Assembly (NCBI RefSeq): GCF_964204645.1
Contig: NC_134027.1
Location: forward strand, 20,670,560 to 20,734,559
Direction of reading: 5' to 3'
Length of the DNA stretch: 64,000 nucleotides
Source: Tubulanus polymorphus
Taxonomy: Eukaryota > Animalia > Nemertea
This document shows positions 10,585-22,700 of this stretch, piece after piece; within the stretch, counting starts at the first letter, position 1; each line of letters opens with the position of its first letter. The notes under the pieces are model-generated. The model did not search any database. It was not told the DNA's origin and was given only the letters and a program-made list of their open reading frames with translations. The translations under genes and the position numbers were made by a program.

Positions 10585-13500
10585 ATGATTATTCTCTTTT
10601 GGACGGAGAAAAATGTTCGATTTCACTGACTTATCTCGGGGGCAGGTCAATTTACCATTCGCATTCAAACATCACAGCGGAAATATTGCTACATTGAATG
10701 TCTATTGAAAATAATGATAAAAGTGCTTTTTCGCTAACCTACGGTTTAATTTCAAACTACAACATCATCGCATTTGATATGGGCAATTTCTAAGTGCACC
10801 GTTCAACTCACGTCCAACAGGGATGCTTGATTTCTATCGACTCAAGGTCGACTTCAAATTAAAAAGGGCATAATCCATGACAAACGAGGGGGGTCTAGAT
10901 TATTTGCCTTTTCTTGTAGAAATGTACCCTTTTCTACTTTTGGGAATAATGGAGACGATAGAAGTGCCCATTTTTCTTTCGGAATTCAGAGACGGCCGGA
11001 AACTAAAATGATGAGAACAAGAGGCATACGCAATGGACTGATTATTATAAGCGCTATTCCATACGGTGGACGAATTTGAAATGAAACGATCATGTTTTTA
11101 ACACGGATCTGAAATAAAAATCAACACCCCTAGGACAATATTCACTGCCGTACCAAGTTTCTGCACTATCCAAAAAATTCATCGAAAAACGAATTGTTTG
11201 CTCGCAGTACAGATGTATCTCACTTTCTGTTAATCAACTTGTCATCTGAGGTTTTGAAGGTTCTTACTCTAGATAATTTCCTAAACGCTCTTCTTACAGA
11301 AGGCCAAAACCTCTTTTTTAAGAACTCAAAACAGTTCCTTACAGAGAATACGGAGTACCTTTCTTGGAAGAAAACATTAGAACCCGGACCGTTCAGTACT
11401 CAGTCGAGATCAATCAACAGAGGACCACAACACTGAATCTGATTTCAGCAATGACACTGATGATATTTCTACATTCGGGAACACATTTCATATAAAACGC
11501 TTTGATGTCTAACATGAATGATGTTATTTTCAATATTGTGCAAATGTAATATAGAATCACGAGTAATTTTTGAAATGCCTGAAAAAACCATTTTTATACA
11601 TTGTGCATTGTCAATTTGCTATCAGAATTTGGGTTAGGAACTCTTATCATAGTCACCTCTCGGTCTGACCTTTTACCCAAGTACCTGCGTGTAACACCCA
11701 TGCATTGCCTCTTTAAATCAGTTCAGATTCGAATCCACATGATCGATACACTTTTCGTTTACCTGGTATAGAACAAACTACCTTCAAACTTTGTTAAGAA
11801 AAATTGAATTAAAATTCTTTCATCTATTGCAATTTGATTTTGTTTTGTAGAAAAACAAACAACTAAAACAAAATTCAAATATTCCAAAAATCGTGTTGAA
11901 AAAAGAATTAGATTGTGTAAGTTCTAATTTTTGGAGTTGTAGAAATTAGCAATAAAATTGCAATTTATTACCGAATGTCCCGTGACCAGTCCACAGTAAA
12001 TACGGGTTAAAGTTGTATAAAGTGAAACACGTTTGAAATCAATGGTTATATCTGACTGAATGTTTACAGCGGATTTTCATACAGAAATATTCACGAATTT
12101 CTCGTCCCAGCAAAAGATATATGTAGAAATTTATCACATAGTTACAAACATGGAAGTGTGTGACAATGTCCAACAGAAATGCTCTCTGTTCCGGTGAGAT
12201 TGGTAACATTGCAGTAATAGTGGCTGGAAATGTAAATATGGCAAATGCGAGTGAAACTGTAACAAGCATTATTGTTGTACGTTTCGATTTTGTAGTTTTC
12301 TGAGCAGACGAAAATATTTTTGAACCTCTGAATAACTGAATGATTATAACTGAATTTGATGTAATGATTAAAACTAGTGGTGATAGGTTAGAGTGGATAA
12401 CAATTATGGAGAAAAGTCTTATTTGGTCGAATACGTATAAATAACATCCAAACAGAGGATCAGGAAAGTGTATCGACAAAATAGGTGTGATATATAGAAC
12501 CAGTAAATTCACTGCAATAATTATCGATATCGTGAATCTAGCGAATCTCGGTGTACATATCAAACGAGATGTGAACGGGAAGAGCACAACCGCCGCACGT
12601 TCTAGAGATATTGCTACTATCAACCACGAACTATTGATAGCTGCAAGTGTCATTACGAATCCATAGATTTGACAACTGACCATTGAACTCATGATGAATA
12701 TAGGTCCGCTTTTAACGTGCACGAGAACAAACTGTAAAACAGGCATCAGGGTATAATTGATACAGTACATAAAATCATTGAGAGATAAAATGATAAGATA
12801 GTTAGCGTAAGATAAACTGCGGAATCTGCGACTTATCATTATCAGGAAAGTAGCTGAATTTCCAAAAGCTCCAAACATGAACAAGATAGGCAGAATGACC
12901 AGCATCACAGTACGGTAGATTCCAGACATATTCACCACAGACATTAGAACGGTGTAAGCGTTATATGGTCGACCAATTCGCATCTCAGTTGAATTCATGA
13001 TTCACCTTGTCACAGTACGGTAGCTTCCAGACTTGTCCGCCACAGACATAAGAACCGATGTAACTTTGATAAGTTCGACTAATTCGCGTCTGAGTTGAAT
13101 TCATGTCGAAGTTGTGGACTGAAGCTATCGATACAAGACTGTGAATCAAAATCCACTGTCAAAGTAAACTATGTCATATTCCTTGAGGCTCACAATTTAT
13201 TGTTCACTTCAAATGAAAACCAATTTCCTGAAATTCGACACAACAGACTCGGACTTTGTGAAAGTCAATTATTTTGTACAACATAAATGTAACTAGATTC
13301 AATATGAGTATTCGTCGTACCAGAATTCATTATAAATGGTAAAATATTAAACAGTAAAACATCAGAACAGGTTAGAAAATGTTTGCGCAAATTCAATTTG
13401 GTCTAAGTGAGCTAGGAATGATATCACATCCATGGAGAAACACACTAGATAATTGAAAGGGTGTAACAAAGCAGCAGGTTGCTAGGGATCTGATCGGTGG

Positions 13501-13764
13501 TAGTGTGAGCTGTGCGCTATTTTGGTAAGCACACAGATCACAACGATCATTGTCAAGTGAAGCAAATATTGAGGGAATTAGGGAATGGAATTATGAACAA
13601 ATTATAAACATAGCATCGATACGAGAGGATTGCAGTCTTTCTATCATTTCATACAAACTGCGTTTGCCGCATGGATTGCGAATGCCCATGACGCTGATCA
13701 ACTCCACGACCCGGATGGATGCGGTCATTGTATTGTCATATGACGTTACGTGAGCGTTTTAGTT
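10585..13764. repeat. Segmental duplication, copy 1 (~3.2 kb, contains a GPCR)
   Basis: Direct repeat of 15629-18782; the offset over the CDS is 5011 bp. Confidence 0.95.
12039..12998 (-). CDS. Intronless class A (rhodopsin-like, peptide-receptor-like) GPCR, 319 aa
   Basis: Seven hydrophobic segments, TM1 GN, LSLND, SLERAAVV (DRY variant), FTFP and NFYIY (NPxxY variant). Confidence 0.9.
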   Translation of the reverse strand: MNSTEMRIGRPYNAYTVLMSVVNMSGIYRTVMLVILPILFMFGAFGNSATFLIMISRRFRSLSYANYLIILSLNDFMYCINYTLMPVLQFVLVHVKSGPIFIMSSMVSCQIYGFVMTLAAINSSWLIVAISLERAAVVLFPFTSRLICTPRFARFTISIIIAVNLLVLYITPILSIHFPDPLFGCYLYVFDQIRLFSIIVIHSNLSPLVLIITSNSVIIIQLFRGSKIFSSAQKTTKSKRTTIMLVTVSLAFAIFTFPATITAMLPISPEQRAFLLDIVTHFHVCNYVINFYIYLLLGREIREYFCMKIRCKHSVRYNH

Positions 13765-14599
13765 ATCTCGATTATAGTGTCTATCGACTATAGTGCCTAT
13801 CGACTATAGAGGCTATCGAGTAATAATGGCTTTCGACAAGCCATATCTACAAAATATAAAAAACATATCTTAACACTTCCATAAAACTCTGATGTGAAAT
13901 AAACTGAAACTGTTAAATCCGTGCTAATTCTGCAAGTCGTCATTTTTGCTGATACGCGCAGGTTTTTTTCCCCTCCGGACCTCAACTCCTACATACCACA
14001 TAATGATCTAACAACCTGTTCTTCAAATGTGGACTCATATTCAGTATAAATGAAATGTTAATTTGTATTAAGTGAAAAATAATTTACGTATATGATATTT
14101 GATTATTGATGTTATATTTATGTCGATACTGTCGTTGTTGTTGTTCTGTTGTTATTACCTAAATTTTCTATTTCAGATGTTTTTGCTTTCAGGATTTGTT
14201 GTAGTCATTTTGTATAATTTTGAAATAGTTCTACGTATATTTGTGGAAATGTTTTCAATGCGCTTATCTAAAACATTGTAATGTTGTAATTAATGTAAAT
14301 TTGTGCATGTTTTCACGCAAATGTTACGCAAATTCGACGTTTGGAATGTTTGTGATGTTACAATTTTTATACACTGTGTGCTTTTATAATGATTTCAGAT
14401 TGTATTTGTTCGTTAATAACACATCGATTTCTTTCAGGATTAAATGTAAATATTATCATATGTTTTTATATCTACATCTATGTTTGAAATAAAACATTTT
14501 GTATCGTTATTTTACAATAATTTGTCATCAAACTGCAAAAATTTGTCATCATGTTCAGAGTAGAGTGGTATGCTGTTTTCTATGGTGGCTGATTCGGGA

Positions 14600-14870
14600 C
14601 ATGTAAAATTCTTTTTTTCGTCCTCCACGAAAACGTGCAAAAACAAATCTGACCGCGCAAAAACAAATATTACCGTGCAAAACCAAACTTTTAACGCGCA
14701 AAAACGAAGGTTTGTTTTTTTGCGCGCGCGCAAAGACAAATATTTCCGCGCAAAAACAAACGCGCAAAAACAAAATAATCCGTTTTTGCGCGGTGAGATT
14801 TTTTTTGGTGCGGTCGTCAAGTAGCGCAAAACAACATATCTTCAAATCTTTTACGCGCGCTACTATGATG
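14600..14870. repeat. Interspersed repeat of GCGCAAAAAC(A/G)AA units; a related copy lies at about 43195-43530
   Basis: Tandem and inverted 'gcgcaaaaacgaa/tttttgcgc' motifs; probably a foldback/MITE family. Confidence 0.55.
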
Positions 14871-15109
14871 TCACGCTGTCGCCATCTATTAGATTAAACA
14901 GTAACTAAAGAAATAATTAATCTATGCAGTTGTGTTAACTGACTTAAAAGGAAAACTAACTTTACTAAAATTTACGACCCCTTGATGAATACAAATATGC
15001 ATATATCGCTTGTAATTGCCTTTGATTGATCACAATACAATGAAGTTATATTGAGCTTGAAAATACCGATAGTTGAATTTGATTGACCGGCAACCAGTCT
15101 AGCCCCATT

Positions 15110-15628
15110 ATATATTATAATGATAATATATCTTTATTGTCAGAGAATATTCTCGTATGACACATACAAATATAAATATAAGCGGATACAGTTAGTAAAG
15201 ACATTTACACATACATACAACTGCAAAATCAGTGAAAGTGATTACATATTATGATCTGATTTGATAAACTAGATTAATGAAGTGATTTAATATCTTTTAC
15301 TTTTTTCAATAACTTTGATAAATTGATACTATTGAGAGGGTTTCTCATAAATTTGGCAACTTTATATGTGTTTGGACTAATAATAATATTTCTTGGGATG
15401 TGTATGGCACGTGCATTACTGTACTGAGGGCAATGTAAAATAACATGGACTTCGTCCTCTATCTCATTAAGATTACAAAATTCACATATACGTTGATGAT
15501 GGGGTATAGGGGGCGCAGCCATCTCCCAGTTTCCACACGCAGGTCATGACTAGAGCCTCTGAACCGAGCAATAGTGGATCTTATCTGTTTCGGATAATCC
15601 AGAAACAATTCGTAAGTAAAACTAGATG
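15110..15628 (-). mobile_element. 5'-truncated LINE 3' fragment (CR1/L2/RTE-like C-terminal Cys-His domain)
   Basis: Encodes IARFRGSSHDLRVETGRW...RICEFCNLNEIEDEVHVILHCPQYSNAR, followed by a 3' UTR, AATAAA and an AT-rich tail near 15110-15140. Confidence 0.8.
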
Positions 15629-18600
15629 ATGATTATTCTCTGGACGGAGAAAAATGTTCGATTTCACTGACTTATCTCGGGAACAGGTCAATTTACCATT
15701 CACATTCAAACATCACAGCGGAAATATTGCTACATTGAATGTCTATTGAAAATAATGATAAAAGTGCTTTTTCGCTAACCTACGGTTTAATTTCAAACTA
15801 TAACATCATCGCATTTGATATGGGCAATTTCTAAGTGCACCGTTCAACTCACGTCCAACAGGGATGCTTCATTTCTATCGACTCAAGGTCGACTTCAAAT
15901 TAAAAAGGGCATAATCCATGACAAACGAGGGGGGTCTAGATTATTTGCCTTTTCTTGTAGAAATGTACCCTTTTCTACTTTTGGGAATAATGGAGACGAT
16001 AGAATTCAGAGACGGCCGGAAACTAAAATGACGAGAACAAGAGGCATACGCAAAGGACTGATGATTATAAGCGCTATTCCATACGGTGGACGAATTTGAA
16101 ATGAAACGATCATGTTTTTAACACGGATCTGAAATAAAAATCAACATCCCTAGGACAATATTCACTACCGTACCAAGTTTCTGCACTATCAACAAAATTC
16201 ATCGAAAAACGAATTGTTTGCTCGCAGTGCAGATGTATCTCTCTGTTAATCAACTTGTCATCTGAGGTTTTGAAGGTTCTTACTCTAGATAATTTCAACG
16301 CTCTTCTTACAGAAGGCCAAAACCTCTTTTTTAAGAACTCAAAACAGTTCCTTACAGAGAATACGGAGTACCTTTCTTGGAAGAAAACATTAGAACCCGG
16401 ACCGTTCAGTACTCAGTCGAGATCAATCAACAGAGGACCACAACACTGAATCTGATTTCAGCAATGACACTGATGATATTTCTACATTCGGGAACACATT
16501 TCATATAAAACGCTTTGATGTCTAACATGAATGATGTTATTTTCAATATTGTGCAAATGAAAAATATAGAATCACGAGTAATCTTTGAAATGCCTGAAAA
16601 ACCATTTTTATACATTGTGCATTGTCAATTTGCTATCAGAATTTGGGTTAGGAACTCTTATCATAGTCACCTCTCGGTCTGACCTTTTACCCAAGTACCT
16701 GCGTGTAACACCCATGCATTGCCTCTTTAAATCAGTTCAGATTAGAATCCACATGATCGATACACTTTTCGTTTACCTGGTATAGAACAAACTACCGTCA
16801 AACTTTAAGAAAAATTGAATTAAAATTCTTTTATCTATTGCAATTTGATTTTGTTTTGTAGAAAAACAAACAACTAAAACAAAATTCAAATATTCCAAAA
16901 ATCGTGTTGAAAAAAGAATTAGATTGTGTAAGTTCTAATTTTTGGAGTTGTAGAAATTAGCAATAAAATTGCAATTTATTACCGAATGTCCCGTGACCAG
17001 TCCACAGTAAATACGGGTTAAAGTTGTATAAAGTGAAACACGTTTGAAATCAATGGTTATATCTGACTGAATGTGTACAGCGGATTTTCATACAGAAATA
17101 TTCACGAATTTCTCGTCCCAGCAAAAGATATATGTAGAAATTTATCACATAGTTACAAACATGGAAGTGTGTGACAATGTCCAACAGAAATGCTCTCTGT
17201 TCCGGTGAGATTGGTAACATTGCAGTAATAGTGGCTGGAAATGTAAATATGGCAAATGCGAGTGAAACTGTAACAAGCATTATTGTTGTACGTTTCGATT
17301 TTGTAGTTTTCTGAGCAGACGAAAATATTTTTGAACCTCTGAATAACTGAATGATTATAACTGAATTTGATGTAATGATTAAAACTAGTGGTGATAGGTT
17401 AGAGTGGATAACAATTATGGAGAAAAGTCTTATTTGGTCGAATACGTATAAATAACATCCAAACAGAGGATCAGGAAAGTGTATCGACAAAATAGGTGTG
17501 ATATATAGAACCAGTAAATTCACTGCAATAATTATCGATATCGTGAATCTAGCGAATCTCGGTGTACATATCAAACGAGATGTGAACGGGAAGAGCACAA
17601 CCGCCGCACGTTCTAGAGATATTGCTACTATCAACCACGAACTATTGATAGCTGCAAGTGTCATTACGAATCCATAGATTTGACAACTGACCATTGAACT
17701 CATGATGAATATAGGTCCGCTTTTAACGTGCACGAGAACAAACTGTAAAACAGGCATCAGGGTATAATTGATACAGTACATAAAATCATTGAGAGATAAA
17801 ATGATAAGATAGTTAGCGTAAGATAAACTGCGGAATCTGCGACTTATCATTATCAGGAAAGTAGCTGAATTTCCAAAAGCTCCAAACATGAACAAGATAG
17901 GCAGAATGACCAGCATCACAGTACGGTAGATTCCAGACATATTCACCACAGACATTAGAACGGTGTAAGCGTTATATGGTCGACCAATTCGCATCTCAGT
18001 TGAATTCATGATTCACCTTGTCACAGTACGGTAGCTTCCAGACTTGTCCGCCACAGACATAAGAACCGATGTAACTTTGATAAGTTCGACTAATTCGCGT
18101 CTGAGTTGAATTCATGTCGAAGTTGTGGACTGAAGCTATCGATACAAGACTGTGAATCAAAATCCACTGTCAAAGTAAACTATGTCATATTCCTTGAGGC
18201 TCACAATTTATTGTTCACTTCAAATGAAAACCAATTTCCTGAAATTCGACACAACAGACTCGGACTTTGTGAAAGTCAATTATTTTGTACAATATAAATG
18301 TAACTAGATTCAATATGAGTATTCGTCGTAACAGAATTCATTATAAATGGTAAAATATTAAGCAGTAAAACATCAGAACAGGTTAGAAAATGTTTGCGCA
18401 AATTCAATTTGGTCTAAGTGAGCTAGGAATGATATCACATCCATGGAGAAACACACTAGATAATTGAAAGAGTGTAACAAAGCAGTAGGTAGCTAGGGAT
18501 TTGTGTAGTTGTGTGATCTGTCTGCTTTTGTGGCAAGCACACAGATCACAACGATCGTTGTCAAGTGAAGTAAATATTGAGGGAAAGGTAACGTGAGAGA

Positions 18601-18782
18601 TTAGGGAATGGAATTATGAACAAATTATAAACATAATATCGATACGATTGCAGTCTTTCTATCATCTCATACAAACTGCGCTTGCCGCAGGGATTGCGAA
18701 TGCCCATGACGCTGATCAACTCCACGACCCGGATGGATGCGGTCATTGTATTGTCATATGACATTACGTGAGCGTTTTAGTT
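15629..18782. repeat. Segmental duplication, copy 2
   Basis: Direct repeat of 10585-13764; begins immediately at the truncated 5' end of the LINE fragment. Confidence 0.95.
17050..18009 (-). CDS. Intronless class A GPCR, 319 aa; duplicate of 12039-12998
   Basis: Translation is identical to 12039-12998 except K>T near the C-terminus (RCKH vs RCTH). Confidence 0.9.
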   Translation of the reverse strand: MNSTEMRIGRPYNAYTVLMSVVNMSGIYRTVMLVILPILFMFGAFGNSATFLIMISRRFRSLSYANYLIILSLNDFMYCINYTLMPVLQFVLVHVKSGPIFIMSSMVSCQIYGFVMTLAAINSSWLIVAISLERAAVVLFPFTSRLICTPRFARFTISIIIAVNLLVLYITPILSIHFPDPLFGCYLYVFDQIRLFSIIVIHSNLSPLVLIITSNSVIIIQLFRGSKIFSSAQKTTKSKRTTIMLVTVSLAFAIFTFPATITAMLPISPEQRAFLLDIVTHFHVCNYVINFYIYLLLGREIREYFCMKIRCTHSVRYNH

Positions 18783-19224
18783 GAGCAATGCGTAGTTAGA
18801 TGAGTACGCAGATAGCTTTTGACTGGCGCAGACAAACCGTTTAATAAAGTCGTCGTGTAAAACTGTAGACCATCGAGTACGCGCTCATCAGAAGTGAAGC
18901 GTCTTAAAGAGTCCGGCGTTCAAAAAATGTCACAAGAAAGTCCCCGTCGAACCATTTCTCAGATAAATATCTAATTCCATAGCAAAGTTCCTATTTTCAC
19001 CGGTGTTGAGAAATAGGAGGTTCGTCGGTAAAATCACACCGATTATTGATCAGTCTACTCATTTGGCGGGTACCAAGTAAGGAGAGTTACGAGAATAATG
19101 AAATGAAAACTAGATCGATAGTTTTTTTATTTTCTATTTCATTTTTAGGGCTTGTTCTGATAACGTTTGTGAATGTCCTTCGGGCAAAAGCTGCGAATGC
19201 GCCATCGTGATGTCTTACGTGAAA

Positions 19225-19226
<2 letters not shown>

Positions 19227-19312
<86 letters not shown>
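19227..19312. repeat. (TA)n microsatellite
   Basis: Uninterrupted TA run. Confidence 0.98.
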
Positions 19313-19314
<2 letters not shown>

Positions 19315-19389
19315 CTTTAATTATAGTGTAGTTATCGATCAATTCAGTTTGAGATAGTTGCATTAATGAATTGATATGCTTTATGTTTT

Positions 19390-19481
19390 ATACAGTTGTG
19401 AGTTAGAGTTAACTCTGGATTAAAGTTAGTTCATTTTCAACGAGTTAGAGTCAAATCTTAACTCACAACTGTGGAACTGGA
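19390..19481. mobile_element. Short palindromic MITE family; other copies at about 43700-43811 and 50143-50251
   Basis: Shared inverted ends CCAGTTCCACAGT..GAGTTAGAGTTAACTC ... AACTC(A/G)CAACTGTGGAACTGG. Confidence 0.65.
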
Positions 19482-19759
19482 CCGAGGAATTTTACGTGGC
19501 ATCAGTTATGTAATTCTTGTGTTCTCATTGGCATGTCAGGAATTAAATATTATGGCCCGAATCAGCCACTGTGGTGGAAAGAGTTCCCTTGGACGAAGGA
19601 CCCTTATCTGATTGAGCAGGCGTACAAGTATTTATACAAACTGGTATAATTTCCTCATAGATGAGACTTAACACGAATGATCCATGAAGCAAATAAATAT
19701 TCAACGCTTTAAGACACAGGTCATATATGTATTGATGTATTGACATAATGGGTTTGTTA

Positions 19760-22700
19760 TTATAAATGAATAAGTCCTCTTTCGGAGTTGTAAGCAGCGC
19801 TGTTGGGACGACCGGTATTCGGGATAAGATTCATCCAATAGTTTCTACCGTGTCTGTAATGAATTAAAAAATGTATAAAGAGATACTTCCGCGAAATATG
19901 GATACTGGTAAAAAAACGTCTGGATTATCTGGCTATCAGTTTACTTCTTGCGGTCATGTTCATATACACTCTGTGCATATCCAGCCGCGAATGGTAAATT
20001 GTGATCTTTTCCAGGAGGCCTGAATCCTCGTTCCTCGGACAACTGTAAAAATATCATAACAAAATATTCATTAGATTGTGAGTTAAAGCGCGAACGGATG
20101 TGATTTGGATATCGAAATTCAATGCAACATCTTGTGTATAAACCTCTTCGGCCATTTCACGAATATGATAACTCTCGAATCCACAACACCCTCCGATGTA
20201 TCTCACTCCAAGTTCATAAGCTTTACGGGCATAATCTCTACATTCCCAACGAGTAAGAATGCGTGGCTCCATCGCTGGAAATGAAAACAAAACCAATTAA
20301 TCATAATGATACCTATTTGGACATCGTCAATCTATATGTGATTTCAGCTCACCTAACAAGTACTCGGGTAGTTGAGAATATCCTTCAACTAGATACTCAG
20401 TTTCAGGAGATAGGAATCCGATTGGTTGCATCATCAAAAATGGAGATAAACCAGCTTCATTCAGTGCATCTTTCATCAATTTTATCGTTTTCAGTTGCGC
20501 GTTATAATCAAACTGGCAATTTAAACCCAAAATATCAGCCCCTGGATGACGGAAAAAACACCATTTTACATTTTGCTAACTCTGGATGACATTGAAACAT
20601 GTTTGAAAACATCGCATGTTATTCAGGGAGGTATTTTTCTAGAGTGAAGGCACGATTTTACACCTCGTTTAGCCATTCTGACTGCACATTCTCCTGCGCT
20701 GATTCCATTCATACATCCAACTAAACCTATTCTCATCGTACACGCTATAGGTTTGTTGTATTTCTTCATGACATCAATCGCCCATTCCATCTCTTCGATT
20801 GAACCGAAAAACTGAATTTGAAATAGATTTAAAAACTAAAAGGTTCATTGAGGTTATAACAATTCGTTCTCATTGCAAATACCTCCGCTAAAAAGAAATC
20901 GACATCCTTCTTATTGTATACTTTGCATTGCTTTTCAAATTCTGCTTGGACTGCTGCCTTTCCTTTTCCAGCTGTGTAGGTCGATGTAGGCGACAAACCT
21001 CCGCAAACTAGTAGATTGTATGATGTGGCAACATCAAATGCAAGATCGCACGCTGCATGGTTTATCTCTGCTGCCTGTAGTCGCATACAACAATCAAATA
21101 GAGGTTCAGGGACACCAGGTCCACGTGGTGGTGAAAAGCTTAACAATCTGACAACAACAATTTTCAACTAATCACAATCGTAGAGCTTATATGAGCTACA
21201 ATTGTGGTTACAAATGCATAGACCTAGCTACCAATACATACGGAAATACCATATAATTCCAATAATCAGCGCCTCCTAAGGAACATATGCCTTGAAACTC
21301 ACTTTAATCATATGGCAATGTCATGAGCTACATTTCTGCAATATCGATCGTGGTTACAGAATTTGCCTAAGTAGCTATACATCATGATATATATGAAATA
21401 GCATCTTATTCCGCTATTCAATGTCCCGCTGTGAACAACATGTACACTTGGTTAGAATGTGCATATGTACCGATATCAATGGAAATGGGAGAACAACAGA
21501 CTGGGTTAGCCTGAATTCCATCAAAAGATGAGTTCTGCGACAATGCTGATATTAGGAAAATAATAATTTGTACAGAAGCTGGAGTTCGTGGTTAGCGTTA
21601 CTATTGCCTGGCATCCTGCGTTGATGCATACGTCAGATATAAACAATGAATAGACGATTTGTAAATAAACGCATCTGGATGTGACCTATGTGCCCACGTA
21701 GGAATACCTGAATATAGCACGGCCACGAGCTCCGACGAGTGCAAAAGTTATTTTTAGGTTGTTGTGACGTGTGTAGGTACGTTATCATTCCATATGTGGT
21801 GGGAGGAGTGTCGTGACAGATACATACGTCACAATCCGTGAATTCTGAGCCATGTGTGGTAAGGGCCTGCACACGTTACTAAAGAGTAAAATAATATAAA
21901 ATGGGACATCGGGAAACATAGAAAAACGAGACTGGAATGGGAACAGCCAGAGCGAAATATACCTCTGAGAATAAAAGCATACGTATTATACCAACTGGAG
22001 AAGATTCTTCTAACCTTCATTTTCTATCACTGACAAGATCATATATCAAGACTTGTTAGCATCAGTTGATATTTTTCCTAAAAAAGCCTTTTGCATATCT
22101 TTGCACGAGGCTTGATAAGACTTAAGACGGCCGATCGATTGATCGAAAAATGTGGCTGATGGGAGAGAGCCCTTGCCAATGTATACCCATCAGAAATTTC
22201 AACAGAATGTACAAGCAGTTCATCTACCTGTAGCTACAGCGCTATCGCGTACTGACACTGGCGTGCTTTACTGCTATTCCTTTGTGTGAACCTGGCGGTC
22301 TTGCCCCAGCCTCTAACGGTCCAGTGGACCCACTTATCAAATGGTACATGAGCACTGATGAGACTACGATGGCCACTAATGAGGTTAAAATTGTCTAACT
22401 GAGAAATGTGTGTCGATTGGTTATCTTCAGATAATCTTTCACAATATCTTCAGAGATATCTTCACAATATAGACATACATTAGTACAGATGAAGTATTGG
22501 AAGATGATGATTCAGAAGATGATGATTTATTCGTAATGAAACAATTTCATAAAAATATTAATAATTAATGGCCATAAGGTAATGGTTTTATTCCATCATC
22601 CAAAATATATCTTTTATCGTCGAATGGATTTAAGCTAGTTTTTCCAACTTCATTAATGTACATCTCGTGATCTTCTGATCTTAAACAATTAATTTTATGT

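Noticed and set aside
14512-14897. Several overlapping short ORFs (also 43195-43416)
   Set aside because: They arise from a stop-poor repeat element and have no protein-like features.
22345-22420. Hammerhead ribozyme / Penelope pLTR suggested by CTGATGAG
   Set aside because: No convincing stem II with GAAA core or cleavage triplet could be paired by eye.
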